A DNA stretch of 64,000 nt from an uncultured Candidatus Saccharibacteria bacterium (GCA_964494945.1 CAZBTX010000003.1:47897-111896), one strand, 5' to 3'; shown: positions 48,628-58,797, numbered from the stretch's first letter. Numbers and translations are program-made. The notes: generated from the letters alone by a model not told the origin.

Positions 48628-50168
48628 GAAATATTTTGTCTCGCATAACGAAATTAAGCCGCCGCGCTAAAATTATTTACGGTGTAATTCTTATTGCCGT
48701 TCTTGTGGGCGGGTATTTTTTATTTTTCCGTCCCAGTCCCGCGCCGGAAGTCGTAAAAGTTGAACGCCGCAATTTGACGCAAGTAGTGGCGGTAACGGGC
48801 ACGGTAAAACCTGTATCCATCATTGACTTGGAATTTCTTTCAAGCAATCGTGTGGTCTGGCGTCCCGTGGCGGTGGGAGACAAAGTCCGGCGCGGCCAGG
48901 TCTTGATGGCGCTGGACGCCAGAGACGCGGATATTCAAATTGCCAAAGCCGAAGCGGCTCTCGCCGGGAATCGCGCGAAGTTGGAACAATTGAAAATGGG
49001 CTCAACGCCGGAAAGCATTCGCCAGGCGGAAAACGCGGTAGACGCAAGTTATAGAAGCGCCTTATCTTCGCTTGATACGGCTCTTACTAAAGCCGATAAG
49101 GCGCTTACCGTACTGCGAACGGAAATATTTACTTCCGCCAACACCGTACGCACTGATTTTTTGCTTCCCCATGACAGTTACTTAAGCAGAGCCGAGCAGG
49201 AAAAATCAGCGGCGGATGCCGACTTGGCGAAAGCCAGGGCTGCCCGAGAGGAAGCCGCGCGCAATTTTTCTCAAGTGCCCGTGCCGGCGGAAGTAGACAC
49301 CCTATTCAATCAAGCGCCAGAACTGCTTAATTCCACGCGTGCGGTCATGGTAACCACTATTGAACTCCTTAGACGCGTAGTTTCCTCGGCTATATCGCAA
49401 TCAACCGTAAACGGCTACATTACGGATGTTGCGACCGCCCAGGGTGAATTTGAAAGCGCCATGACTTCTTTAACGACCAGTATTGCTTCCATTCAAGCCG
49501 CCAAAGACACCTTGAGAGTCAAACGAGAACCCCCGCGCTCGGTGGACATTGAAGTATTGGAGGCCAACGTAAAATCAACGGAGGCGGACTTAGCACTTCT
49601 TAAGAAACAAAAGAGCGATTTGGCATTAACAGCACCCGCGGATGGAGTTATTACCGACCTTAAATATGAGGTTGGGGAAGTAGCGCGCACGGGAGCCACG
49701 GCGGTCTCCATGATAAGCGGCGCTAATGCCGAAATTGAAGCGAACGTGCCGGAAGTGGACATAGCAAAACTTGCGATAGCAGAAAATGTTTCCATAACAC
49801 TGGACTCGCTTCCCGGAGAAAAGTTTTCCGGCAAAGTCGTTCATATTGATCCGGCCGAAACGCTGGTGGACGGCGTTACCAATTACAAGGTAAAAATTTC
49901 TTTTGACGCCAACGACCCGCGCGTAAAACCTGGCTCCACGGCTAATTTAGACATTGAAACATTGAAAAAAGAAAATGTGCTGTCTCTGCCGCAATTCGGC
50001 ATCGTGGAAAAAGACGAAGGGACCTTTGTCCGCAAATTGGTTAGCGGCAATTCCCAGGAATTACCCGTTAAGATCGGCATCCGCTCCTCCGATGGCTATA
50101 TCGAGATATTAGATGGACTTTCCGAAGGCGAAGAAGTGCTGAACGCCGGATTAAAAATCGTAGAATAA
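48624..50168 (+). CDS. efflux membrane-fusion (MacA-like) subunit
   Basis: TM, VAVGDKVRRGQ lipoyl-like motif, long coiled coil, APADGVI. Confidence 0.88.
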   Translation: MRNILSRITKLSRRAKIIYGVILIAVLVGGYFLFFRPSPAPEVVKVERRNLTQVVAVTGTVKPVSIIDLEFLSSNRVVWRPVAVGDKVRRGQVLMALDARDADIQIAKAEAALAGNRAKLEQLKMGSTPESIRQAENAVDASYRSALSSLDTALTKADKALTVLRTEIFTSANTVRTDFLLPHDSYLSRAEQEKSAADADLAKARAAREEAARNFSQVPVPAEVDTLFNQAPELLNSTRAVMVTTIELLRRVVSSAISQSTVNGYITDVATAQGEFESAMTSLTTSIASIQAAKDTLRVKREPPRSVDIEVLEANVKSTEADLALLKKQKSDLALTAPADGVITDLKYEVGEVARTGATAVSMISGANAEIEANVPEVDIAKLAIAENVSITLDSLPGEKFSGKVVHIDPAETLVDGVTNYKVKISFDANDPRVKPGSTANLDIETLKKENVLSLPQFGIVEKDEGTFVRKLVSGNSQELPVKIGIRSSDGYIEILDGLSEGEEVLNAGLKIVE

Positions 50169-50170
50169 AA

Positions 50171-50893
50171 ATGATCTCGGTGCGAGATCTAAAAAAAGAA
50201 TACGAGACCGATGGTACTAGTACCGTGGCGCTTGACGGCGTTTCTTTTGAAATTAAGGAAGGTGAGTTTGTGGCGATCATGGGGCCTTCGGGTTCCGGCA
50301 AATCCACGCTTCTCCATATTTTAAGTTTTCTAGACCGTCCCACGGGCGGCTCGTATACTTTTCTCGGCAAAAGTATCAATGACTTAACGGATGCGGAGTT
50401 AGCTAGGATCCGCAATCAGGAAATGGGGTTCGTATTTCAAGCATTTAATTTGCTGTCGCGCGCTTCGGTCTACGAAAATGTGGAGTTGCCGCTTTTGTAT
50501 TCGGATGTGTCAATTTCCGAAAGAAAAGAAAGGGTGGAAAAGGCGATTTCAGCCGTCGGTATTCAAGAAAAACTTTGGTCCGAGGCGGGGCGGCTTTCCG
50601 GCGGCCAAAAACAAAGAGTTGCGATTGCGCGGGCCCTGGTCAATGAGCCCTCGGTGATATTCGCCGACGAGCCGACGGGGAATTTGGATTCCAAATCCGG
50701 CGGGCAGGTGATGGAAATACTGGAGGGTCTCCATAAAGCCGGCCGTACTATTGTTCTTGTAACGCATGAAACCTATACTTCGGAGTTCGCCAATCGTCTC
50801 ATCCGTTTGAAAGACGGCCTTGTGGAAATTGATGAACCGATGAAAAAGAAGCATCGTCATACAGAAGACAGCGAAAACGATTTTTTCAAATAA
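50171..50893 (+). CDS. ABC transporter ATP-binding protein (MacB/LolD-like)
   Basis: [32 protein letters not shown]. Confidence 0.93.
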   Translation: MISVRDLKKEYETDGTSTVALDGVSFEIKEGEFVAIMGPSGSGKSTLLHILSFLDRPTGGSYTFLGKSINDLTDAELARIRNQEMGFVFQAFNLLSRASVYENVELPLLYSDVSISERKERVEKAISAVGIQEKLWSEAGRLSGGQKQRVAIARALVNEPSVIFADEPTGNLDSKSGGQVMEILEGLHKAGRTIVLVTHETYTSEFANRLIRLKDGLVEIDEPMKKKHRHTEDSENDFFK

Positions 50894-50894
50894 T

Positions 50895-52139
50895 ATGCGC
50901 TTTCAAGACACATTCAAAACTTCCAAAGAGGCCCTAAAGCGCAACCGCACGCGCTCCATATTAACCATGCTTGGTATTGTCATCGGTATCGGGTCGGTTA
51001 TCCTTTTGATGTCCATCGGCAGCTCGGCGCAGAAATTAATTTTAGACCAAGTGCAGGGCACGGGGTCTAATTTGGTATTCGTTATCCCGGGAGCGACTAA
51101 GGGCTCCAGATTTGCTTCGCCGCCGTCAGTGCAGGGAGTGGTCATTAAAACGCTGGTGAAAAACGACGTGGATATTTTGCGCCGTGAGCCCACGATCGTT
51201 CGCGTAGCTCCCGAAGTTAGGGGGCAAGCCAAGGCCGTTTCTGATATCAATGACACTACTGTGACTTACGAAGGCACTACCGCGGATTTTTTTGAGATAA
51301 GGAACTTTACTATCGCGAATGGCGCGGCTTTCACCAATTCCGATGTGGATTCTTTCAACCGCGTGGCGGTTTTGGGGCCGGAAATCGCCAAAACGCTTTT
51401 TAGCGAAATTGATCCTGTGGGCAAAACCATACGTTTGAAGGACATAACGTTCCGAGTTGTTGGTGTTCTAGATAAAAAAGGATTGGGGCCCTTTGGTGTT
51501 GACCAGGATAACTTGGTCATCATTCCCATCACTATCGCGCAAAAACAAATGCTGGGTATTAATCACTACAATGTGATTACCATTCAAGCGGGGGATTCTT
51601 ACAATATTGAGTTTACCAAGGCCAGAATTATTTCCGTGCTCCGCCAAAATCACCACATCACCGATCCCGACAAAGACGATTTCACCATAAGAACGCAGGA
51701 AGACGCGCTGTCGCTTCTCGGCAATATCACGTCTATTCTGACTCTATTCCTGACTTCCATCGCTTTTATTTCTCTGATAGTCGGCGGTATCGGCATTATG
51801 AATATAATGCTGGTTTCAGTAGTGGAAAGGACGCGGGAAATTGGCCTGCGAAAAGCCGTAGGGGCTACCAACCGCGATATTCTTCAGCAATTCTTGACGG
51901 AAGCCGTTATCCTTACTTTTGTCGGCGGACTTGTCGGAATTATTCTCGGCTCTGGTCTCACTGTGGTACTTTATTTCGTTCTCATCAATCTTCTACCGAC
52001 GGGCTGGGCTTTTGCTCTGCCGCCGTCCGCCATCGGACTTGCCGTTCTCGTCTCATCCGTTACGGGGATTGTTTTCGGCATTTATCCCGCGCGAAAAGCG
52101 TCTTTAGCGAGTCCCATAGATTCGTTGCGGTATGAATGA
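50895..52139 (+). CDS. ABC transporter permease (MacB-like)
   Basis: RSILTMLGIVIGI, VGGIGIMNIMLVSVVERTREIG. Confidence 0.93.
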   Translation: MRFQDTFKTSKEALKRNRTRSILTMLGIVIGIGSVILLMSIGSSAQKLILDQVQGTGSNLVFVIPGATKGSRFASPPSVQGVVIKTLVKNDVDILRREPTIVRVAPEVRGQAKAVSDINDTTVTYEGTTADFFEIRNFTIANGAAFTNSDVDSFNRVAVLGPEIAKTLFSEIDPVGKTIRLKDITFRVVGVLDKKGLGPFGVDQDNLVIIPITIAQKQMLGINHYNVITIQAGDSYNIEFTKARIISVLRQNHHITDPDKDDFTIRTQEDALSLLGNITSILTLFLTSIAFISLIVGGIGIMNIMLVSVVERTREIGLRKAVGATNRDILQQFLTEAVILTFVGGLVGIILGSGLTVVLYFVLINLLPTGWAFALPPSAIGLAVLVSSVTGIVFGIYPARKASLASPIDSLRYE

Positions 52140-52142
52140 GAG

Positions 52143-52180
52143 CGGCCTCGCTTGAACTTTGCAAAGTTCAAGCGAGGCCG
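52143..52180. terminator. 38-bp perfect palindrome between convergent genes
   Basis: cggcctcgcttgaactttg|caaagttcaagcgaggccg. Confidence 0.6.
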
Positions 52181-52183
52181 GCG

Positions 52184-52456
52184 TTACAAGGTGAACGGGA
52201 CTTCCACCCACTCGTGTGTCTCGGAAGTTTCTTCTTCCGTTTGCGTTACCGTCGTCGTAAGGATCAAAATCCTCGGCGTTCCGACAAAAGGAGGGTCGGC
52301 TAGCTTTTGTCGTTTCACCATCGTTCTTGCGGCTTCCTCCACTTGAGTCGGGTCGAGGTCTTTGCCGATAAAGATGGCCCGCGAGACGGGGACGGCGGCG
52401 GGGGCTCGCGCAGGAACCCGAAGAGCCACCAAAAATACATGCCTCGTTGTTTTCAT
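52184..52456 (-). CDS. hypothetical protein
   Basis: GGAGG SD; 90 aa. Confidence 0.55.
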   Translation of the reverse strand: MKTTRHVFLVALRVPARAPAAVPVSRAIFIGKDLDPTQVEEAARTMVKRQKLADPPFVGTPRILILTTTVTQTEEETSETHEWVEVPFTL

Positions 52457-52529
52457 TAGCGCCTCCGGTTGAAAGTTGCCGCCAGGATTGTTACTCTTTA
52501 GAACACGTTTTGTTCATAAATAAGTTTCG

Positions 52530-52603
52530 GGGCCTATAGTAAAATGGCATTACGCATCCATGGCATGGATGAGTCCGGGGTCCGATTCCCCGTAGGTCCA
52601 CCA
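52530..52603 (+). tRNA. tRNA-Ala(GGC)
   Basis: G3:U70, loop ATGGCAT (A32-U38), CCA; T-loop reads TCCGATT. Confidence 0.9.
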
Positions 52604-52661
52604 CGTACCAACTTATGCCAAGTTATACCAACTTGTTCCACAGTTTAGTTTAAATGTCTCT

Positions 52662-53210
52662 ATGAAGCGAATTTGCATCTTTCTTTCAGGGTATGTTACA
52701 GATGAAAAATATGCCGGGCCGGCAAAGGAATTCGCTCGGCTTATGTGCCAACATGATTATGGTCTAGTATGGGGCGGCACAAATCTTGGGTTAATGCAAA
52801 TTGTTTGTGAGACGGTCCAGGAAAATGGTGGGAATTTGTGCGGAGTTACGATGGAAATGTTAAAAGATACTCGTAAGCTGGATGCTGATGAGATGATTAT
52901 CGCCAAAGACCTTTCGGAGCGAAAAAAGCTTCTTTTAGAGAAATCCGACGCAATTGTGGTGATGGTTGGAGGAATTGGGACGTTAGATGAAGCGACCGAA
53001 GTTCTTGAACTAAAAAAGCATGGTGCTCACAATAAGCCCATTGTATTTTTAAATACTGATAACTTCTACGGCGGTTTAAAGTCGCAATTAGAAAAAATGG
53101 AGCGAGAAGGATTTTTACCAAAAAGGTTATCAGAACTCACTTATTTCGCAGCGGCGCCTTACGATGCGATAAGCTTTATAGAAAAAGAGCTAAGCTTGAA
53201 CAAAGTATAA
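52662..53210 (+). CDS. LOG-family (TIGR00730-like) nucleotide phosphoribohydrolase
   Basis: LVWGG...GLM, RK, GGIGTLDE. Confidence 0.88.
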   Translation: MKRICIFLSGYVTDEKYAGPAKEFARLMCQHDYGLVWGGTNLGLMQIVCETVQENGGNLCGVTMEMLKDTRKLDADEMIIAKDLSERKKLLLEKSDAIVVMVGGIGTLDEATEVLELKKHGAHNKPIVFLNTDNFYGGLKSQLEKMEREGFLPKRLSELTYFAAAPYDAISFIEKELSLNKV

Positions 53211-53261
53211 ATGCCCGAAAACGAACGTCCTAAAATTGGAATAGGTATAATCGTCGTTCGA
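53211..53261 (+). pseudogene. N-terminal fragment of a probable NUDIX hydrolase cut at a repeat site
   Basis: MPENERPKIGIGIIVVR starts right after the LOG stop and ends at the palindrome at 53262. Confidence 0.5.
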
Positions 53262-53434
53262 ATAGGACAATTCCATAGAATTGTCCTATGTTCGTGCTTT
53301 TTCCAAAATTAGCCACCGCGAAAACTTTGAAAAATCAGCCAGTGATTGGCTGATTTTTCGTTTGGCTGAACTTGTTTTTTCTCTTGCAAAGCGCTACATT
53401 CCCACCACGCGGTCATACACGAAAGGAGAAGGTC

Positions 53435-54148
53435 ATGAGGGAAGAAGATCTCAGTGCGGTGGTTTCCCATGGGGAAAGCTCGCTTCTGAAGACCGATCTC
53501 AACCAAGCGGTAATGGCACTCGCGGCCGCACACGAGTCGCACTTCCGGCCGCACGTTTGCCTGAACGGCGAAGACGGTGTGAGGGTCATCGGCGAAATCA
53601 TGCCAACCTCGAACACGGCGTTCCACCTCTGGCACCACATGATCGCTTCCGGGGACGACGTGTGGCTGAACATCATCCTCTGCGTCTACCTCAACGACTT
53701 CTGCATACCGACCAATCTCGCGCGGTTAAGTCCTCGGCAGTCGGCCTATGTCATCGCGAACCTGCCGGCCGAGTCGCGGACGGCTGTTCTCGCCAAGGCC
53801 AAGCGCTGGTACCTCGAGAGGTTCCTCGCCGACATCAAGAAGGGCCTCGACACCATCACCAAGCAGTTCGAGCACGGTGATCCGCTCCTCGAGAGCGACC
53901 ATCGGAATCGGATCCTCGATCTCCACGGCGAGCGCTTCTCTATGGGCATCCCGTACACCGAGACGTGGGTCGTCGGTGAGCAGCTCTTCTGGGCCACGTG
54001 CTACGGCGGGACGATGTTCGAGCACGAGGAGGACGGGTTCCTCCGCGCGGATGAACTCATCACCGCGAGGCGCGAACGGCAGAAAGGCACTGTCGAAGCT
54101 GTCGTAGGCGTATTCCGGGGGCTGGAGCGGATCAAACGAGGAATTTGA
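53435..54148 (+). CDS. hypothetical protein
   Basis: AAGGAG SD; high GC; lies between sites 1 and 2. Confidence 0.65.
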   Translation: MREEDLSAVVSHGESSLLKTDLNQAVMALAAAHESHFRPHVCLNGEDGVRVIGEIMPTSNTAFHLWHHMIASGDDVWLNIILCVYLNDFCIPTNLARLSPRQSAYVIANLPAESRTAVLAKAKRWYLERFLADIKKGLDTITKQFEHGDPLLESDHRNRILDLHGERFSMGIPYTETWVVGEQLFWATCYGGTMFEHEEDGFLRADELITARRERQKGTVEAVVGVFRGLERIKRGI

Positions 54149-54321
54149 CCGTAACGACTTCGGAGATGGAGAGCCATCTCGTCTTACCACAGCCACCCTC
54201 GCCGATGGCAACAGTGCCAACGGCGAGGGTCTCCCATCCCAAAAATCTCCGGTACATGTTCCCATAGAACAATTCCATAGAATTGTCCTATGTTCGCACT
54301 TTTTTCAAAATTGGCCACCAT

Positions 54322-54801
54322 ATGGCAAATCCGGGAAAATCATCAGGAAAAGAGCTGAAAATATCTTTCCGAAAATCTACTAATGAAGATTTTGATTTTG
54401 TCTTTAAGCTTAATAAAACCAACATGCAAAAGTATGTTGAAAAGATAAGAGGATGGGACGAGGAAGCTGAACGCAAAGATATGAAAGACAAGTTTACAGC
54501 TGACATTGATTTGATAATTCAAATAAATGGAGAGGACGCGGGGGTTCTCCGCGTGCTGGAAAAAGAAGGTTCGATAAATCTCGGCCACATTGAGTTACTC
54601 CCCAAGTTTCAGAATCAAGATGTCGGCAGCAAAATTATTGAAGGCGTGATACGTAAAAATAAACCAGTGACCTTACAAGTTCTAAAATCAAATCCCGCCG
54701 TAGAATTATATAAAAGACTTGGATTTGAGATAATGGGAGAAACAGACCTAAAATATAAAATGTCGATTCAAGTAAGCCCAAAATCGACCGTTAATCGATA
54801 A
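54322..54801 (+). CDS. GNAT acetyltransferase
   Basis: LLPKFQNQDVGS, NPAVELYKRLGF. Confidence 0.88.
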   Translation: MANPGKSSGKELKISFRKSTNEDFDFVFKLNKTNMQKYVEKIRGWDEEAERKDMKDKFTADIDLIIQINGEDAGVLRVLEKEGSINLGHIELLPKFQNQDVGSKIIEGVIRKNKPVTLQVLKSNPAVELYKRLGFEIMGETDLKYKMSIQVSPKSTVNR

Positions 54802-54862
54802 AAGGAGCACTAATAAATAAAAAAGCTGCGCCCGCTTGGGAAACCAAGCGGGCGCCGGTGTT

Positions 54863-55093
54863 CTAGAACTCGAAACGCTGGGGGAGTAACTCCGCTGTTT
54901 CCGGGATCTCCGGGTAGGGGATGTACCCCTCAACCCCCGCTCGCACGCCCTTGATGAACATATCGAGATGTTCACGGGTAGGACAAGTTTCCTCCCAGAC
55001 GCCCCCGTCGCGTTCCACTTCTACGTGGAAGATGTCGATTTCCGGGTCGAGATTGACCCGGTACCGCCTGATGCGGATGGTAATTTCCCTCAC
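54863..55093 (-). CDS. hypothetical protein
   Basis: 76 aa; GGGAG SD; downstream of the 55107 gene. Confidence 0.55.
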   Translation of the reverse strand: MREITIRIRRYRVNLDPEIDIFHVEVERDGGVWEETCPTREHLDMFIKGVRAGVEGYIPYPEIPETAELLPQRFEF

Positions 55094-55106
55094 GGCGGAG
55101 TTCTCC

Positions 55107-55772
55107 CTAGTCCGCCAAGGTGGGGTCGTGAAGATAGGCCGTCTGCTCGAGGAGATGCACGCCCTTCAGCTCAAGATCGGCATGATCGGGGGCACGCAGG
55201 ATTCCCTCGGCGAACATGTGGGTCTGCCCCTCGCTTATCCTGATGCGCGTCCCGTGGCCATTCAGTTGATGGCGCGTTCCAAAGACTGACTGATCCTTTA
55301 CTTCGTCCGGGTCCTTAAACTCCGGCAGGTTGGAAAGAATGACGCTCATGCGGGCCACTTCTTTCCACGAAGACGAAACCGGGAAAGCAAAGATATCTCC
55401 CTGCCGTTTTGCTTTCTTGCCGAGAAGGTTCTCGAGGCGGCGGATGTGAGGAGGGCGCAGGGCTTCAAAAAATCCCTTTTCGCCGCCCTTATTGAAGGCA
55501 TCCCGCACGCTGCCGTTCAGACGCACGAGAAAGGGTTCCTCGTCGGTCCCGCCAAAAAACGTCAAGTCATCGTCGTAGCTGTTTCTCGTTCTCGCGGCGA
55601 AGAGAAACTGCGTCCCTCGGGCAAGCTGCACGATCCGGGCTTCCGGATAGAGCGGAAGTGTAATGATATCTTTTTGTCGCGCGGGAGCCAACCGCTTTTC
55701 ATACGGGACCCATTCGATGCGCGCTTTTCCTGCCCGAGTTGGGAGCTTGGGATTCGACACCATAACGTTCAT
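55107..55772 (-). CDS. hypothetical protein
   Basis: GAGGAGG SD; RQGDIF and DHADL motifs. Confidence 0.6.
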   Translation of the reverse strand: MNVMVSNPKLPTRAGKARIEWVPYEKRLAPARQKDIITLPLYPEARIVQLARGTQFLFAARTRNSYDDDLTFFGGTDEEPFLVRLNGSVRDAFNKGGEKGFFEALRPPHIRRLENLLGKKAKRQGDIFAFPVSSSWKEVARMSVILSNLPEFKDPDEVKDQSVFGTRHQLNGHGTRIRISEGQTHMFAEGILRAPDHADLELKGVHLLEQTAYLHDPTLAD

Positions 55773-55909
55773 GTCGTCCTCCTCTGAAGTTTTAGCTTCT
55801 ATACTTTCAAAGACCCGATTGCATCGTCGCATTTGCGTTGAGATTATCTAGACAATCGGGAATTGACTCAAATTTGATTTGAGTCAATCATTGCTGCGAG
55901 AATAGCATC

Positions 55910-56566
55910 ATGCATTTCATCCAGCAGCACATCCTGAAATTGCTCACCTACGGGGGAGCCAAGCGGTACTCCGATTTGAAACCGTCCGGAGTAGAAGGCA
56001 ACCGGTTTATGTATCATCTGAACCGGCTGATCGCCGGCGGGTACATCCGAAAAACAAAGTCGGGCTATTTTCTCGCGGCATTCGGCAATCGGTATGTTGA
56101 TAAATTGAGTTTGAAAACATTCACGCCCCGCATACAGCCCAAAATCGTCACGGTCCTTCTTTGCCGGAATAAGGCGGGAGAATATCTTACGTACACAAGG
56201 AACCACGAGCCATTTAAGAACTTACTGGCTTTTCCGTACGGCAAGCTGCATCTTACGGAAACCATATATGAAGCGGCGGCGCGCGAACTAAAGGAAAAAA
56301 CCGGCCTTGCCGGTAAACTTTCTCATCGGGGTGATGTGTATCTGAAGATCTTTTTGGAAAAAGAATTTATCACCCACATGCTTTGTCACGTGTTTGAGGG
56401 AAAAGATCTAAAAGGCACGTTGGTCAAGGAGTCCGACTACGGATCATGCCGATGGCAAGCGCTGGATGCCGCCAAATCAAAAGAATGGATACCGGGATTT
56501 TTGGAAATTGAGAAATTATGCCGGAAAGGACCTGCTCGTTTCTTTGACGAGTTGACGCTCTTGTGA
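55910..56566 (+). CDS. winged-HTH plus NUDIX protein
   Basis: YHLNRLIAGGYI HTH; NUDIX box G..HLTETIYEAAARELKEKTG. Confidence 0.8.
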   Translation: MHFIQQHILKLLTYGGAKRYSDLKPSGVEGNRFMYHLNRLIAGGYIRKTKSGYFLAAFGNRYVDKLSLKTFTPRIQPKIVTVLLCRNKAGEYLTYTRNHEPFKNLLAFPYGKLHLTETIYEAAARELKEKTGLAGKLSHRGDVYLKIFLEKEFITHMLCHVFEGKDLKGTLVKESDYGSCRWQALDAAKSKEWIPGFLEIEKLCRKGPARFFDELTLL

Positions 56567-56794
56567 GCCGCATCCATCCCCGGACCAAGTCCCGCGGGGC
56601 TGGGGTTTGAAACACTGCTCCCCGAAAACTGTTTATATACAATATTAATAATTAATAGGGCGTGCCGGCGAAGAAATAGTCATTGAACAATTCCATAGAA
56701 TTGTCCTATGATACAATGATATACAGATACCTATAATAATAGAAGAGACCTCCTGGTTACTAGATTACCAACAGAACAAACATACAGAACAAAC

Positions 56795-57061
56795 ATGAAA
56801 AGGTGGACAGTGGTTTTTAGAGCCCTGGCAAATATAAACCGGCTTAAGATAATTAAGATGCTCTCCAACGGCCGAAAGATGAGCGTTACCGAGATCGCGG
56901 AAGATATCGGCATTTCCTTCAAGGCAACCTCAAACCATTTGGCGTTGTTGAAGAATTTAGACGTCGTAGAGGCGCGGGGGGCCTTGGGCCATGTTTTCTA
57001 TTCTTTTAATCGGCAACTGCCCAAAGATTTCCAAAAAACAATTGAGATCGCCCTGAAATAG
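56795..57061 (+). CDS. ArsR/SmtB-family transcriptional regulator
   Basis: FRALAN.NRLKII, SVTEIA, TSNHLALLK. Confidence 0.88.
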   Translation: MKRWTVVFRALANINRLKIIKMLSNGRKMSVTEIAEDIGISFKATSNHLALLKNLDVVEARGALGHVFYSFNRQLPKDFQKTIEIALK

Positions 57062-57138
57062 TCATTGAACAATTCCATAGAATTGTTCAATGACTATTTT
57101 CTGAAATTCTAATTTCAAAATAGTAAAAATATGAAAAA

Positions 57139-57725
57139 ATGAAAAAATCGGATTACTTTTTTAGAAGTTTAGTGAATGCCGCGGGTGTCTTTATTTATAT
57201 GTCCGGTGTAGCGTGGCTGGGTTTTAATAACCAGATGATTTTCGGCAAGCCAACTAATTTTCTTACGCCGTTATTCGTACTTCTGTTATTCGTCATATCC
57301 GCTTCCGTGACGGGCCTTTTGGTCTTCGAACCCATCTCTAAAATATCTCCAGCCGCGATATAGGCCAATTTCAGGCAATCCCAGAAGCGATGACGAAGGT
57401 GTATCCTCTGCGATACTCTGAGGAGGAGCGACGCAGGAGTGCCTGAAATTGGCCATATCCCGCAGGGTTCTTACATTTTTCTTCCTCTGCGGCGTTACTC
57501 CTCGTCGCCGTAGTGCTGCGACTACGGCTTCCTCGTCGTGCCTTGCAGGAAAAGAAAAATTCTAAAGAACGCGACTCGGATATATTTTAGAGATGGGTTC
57601 TAGGCAAACCTATTCACTTGTATTTAGGTGGCCTTAGAAAAGAAGCATTTACCTTGCTTTTTGCCACTTTGGCGTGGCTTATTCTCTTTCTTGCCGCGGT
57701 TGTGATTGTGTTATTGGCGCGGTAG
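57139..57725 (+). pseudogene. small 3-TM membrane protein gene interrupted by a 273-bp element
   Basis: ...SVTGLLVF | insert | GKPIHLYLGGLRKEAFTLLFATLAWLILF...*; frame is restored by deleting 57328-57602. Confidence 0.75.
57328..57600. mobile_element. structured MITE-like element with 19-bp terminal inverted repeats
   Basis: gaacccatctctaaaatat ... atattttagagatgggttc; internal long hairpins; TC/TA flanks. Confidence 0.8.
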
Positions 57726-57762
57726 TTTTTTCAGTTTTTGTTTGCGTCCACTAAAAATTGAG

Positions 57763-57793
57763 AAGGCCCGACTCGCCGGCGAGTCGGGCCTTT
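57763..57793. terminator. bidirectional terminator (perfect palindrome)
   Basis: aaggcccgactcgcc|ggcgagtcgggcctt. Confidence 0.7.
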
Positions 57794-58104
57794 TAGGTCG
57801 CGGTCTTTACCGCGCGCGGGAGGATTACCTCAAATTCCTCACGCAGTTCCGGTTCAACGGCGGCGTAGGGCGTGATTAGCGGCAGGCCGTTCTCTGCAGA
57901 AAGCTCGAGCATCTCTTCTGCGGCGAAGCGCCGGAGAATTTCGTTCAGTGTCCAGCCGGGGCCGAACGCGGGCTTAATGCCTATTCTCCTGGTTCTTGCG
58001 AAGATCTCTATCACGAGGTCTCTCCAAGAGATTTGCCCGCCGAGATGATCCGCCAAAATACGGCGGATGAGATACACCATGAAGTCCTTCATCACGATGG
58101 TCAC
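57793..58104 (-). CDS. hypothetical protein
   Basis: GGAGGTG SD; 103 aa. Confidence 0.55.
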   Translation of the reverse strand: MTIVMKDFMVYLIRRILADHLGGQISWRDLVIEIFARTRRIGIKPAFGPGWTLNEILRRFAAEEMLELSAENGLPLITPYAAVEPELREEFEVILPRAVKTAT

Positions 58105-58249
58105 GTTCTCACCTCCCCCCAGCGAGTTGAATCTATATTTAATGATAACTCAAGTCCCGCGTTAATTGGAAGAAGTTTATTGACATTTTAGGCATAACTG
58201 TTAAAACGTCTATAAGTTGTAGATTCCAAAAATTCGCAAGGAGGGTCGG

Positions 58250-58648
58250 ATGCAAAGACATGAAATCATAGGGGAACTGCAGGGCCCCGAGGACGTGGGG
58301 CGAGCTATCGATATCTACAGCTTCGTGGATAAAGTTCGGTTCATTTCATGGGTCATTCGGATCTCCGGGTTCATCGGCGGCGGCGGTTTCTTTCTTCTGC
58401 TTCCGCACGGGGGCGGATGGAAGTGGGAGCTGGCGGCGTTTGCAATCTCACTTGCCACCGGCTTCGTGGCCACGGGCTGCGCCCGGGCCGCGTTTGGGAG
58501 TGCTAGGAGGAAACTGGTGGCAGAGCTCGGGGTGTTGCTGGAGAGCGGTCAGGGGTACGTCCTGGTGCTCACTGAACTAACCCCGGAGGATTTCTGGCTT
58601 AACTGTTTCCTCCAGAAATATCTTCCGAAGTATGCCGAGTACGACTAG
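58250..58648 (+). CDS. hypothetical membrane protein (2 TM)
   Basis: AAGGAGG SD. Confidence 0.6.
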   Translation: MQRHEIIGELQGPEDVGRAIDIYSFVDKVRFISWVIRISGFIGGGGFFLLLPHGGGWKWELAAFAISLATGFVATGCARAAFGSARRKLVAELGVLLESGQGYVLVLTELTPEDFWLNCFLQKYLPKYAEYD

Positions 58649-58667
58649 CCAGAATCACCGCGATTTT

Positions 58668-58708
58668 GCGGCGGTCGGGCGAATTTCGCCCGACCGCCGC
58701 CTCTTTTT
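58668..58708 (+). terminator. intrinsic terminator
   Basis: gcggcggtcgggcga-att-tcgcccgaccgccgc followed by ctcttttt. Confidence 0.7.
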
Positions 58709-58797
58709 ATACAGAAACCTTTGACTACTGACCTCCGTTATAGTAAACAGAGAGCGTAGTCAGTCCCAATCTACTTAGAAAAGTACACATTTCGCAC

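Larger units (their letters stand above)
53262..57099. repeat. four ACAATTC-CATA-GAATTGT palindromic sites (53262-53289, 54264-54291, 56674-56710, 57056-57099)
   Basis: Identical 18-bp core in the same orientation, with two alternative arm types. Confidence 0.85.

Noticed and set aside
53262-57099. CRISPR array from the repeated palindromes
   Set aside because: Repeats are separated by 0.35-2.4 kb containing genes, not 30-40 nt spacers; no cas genes in the window.
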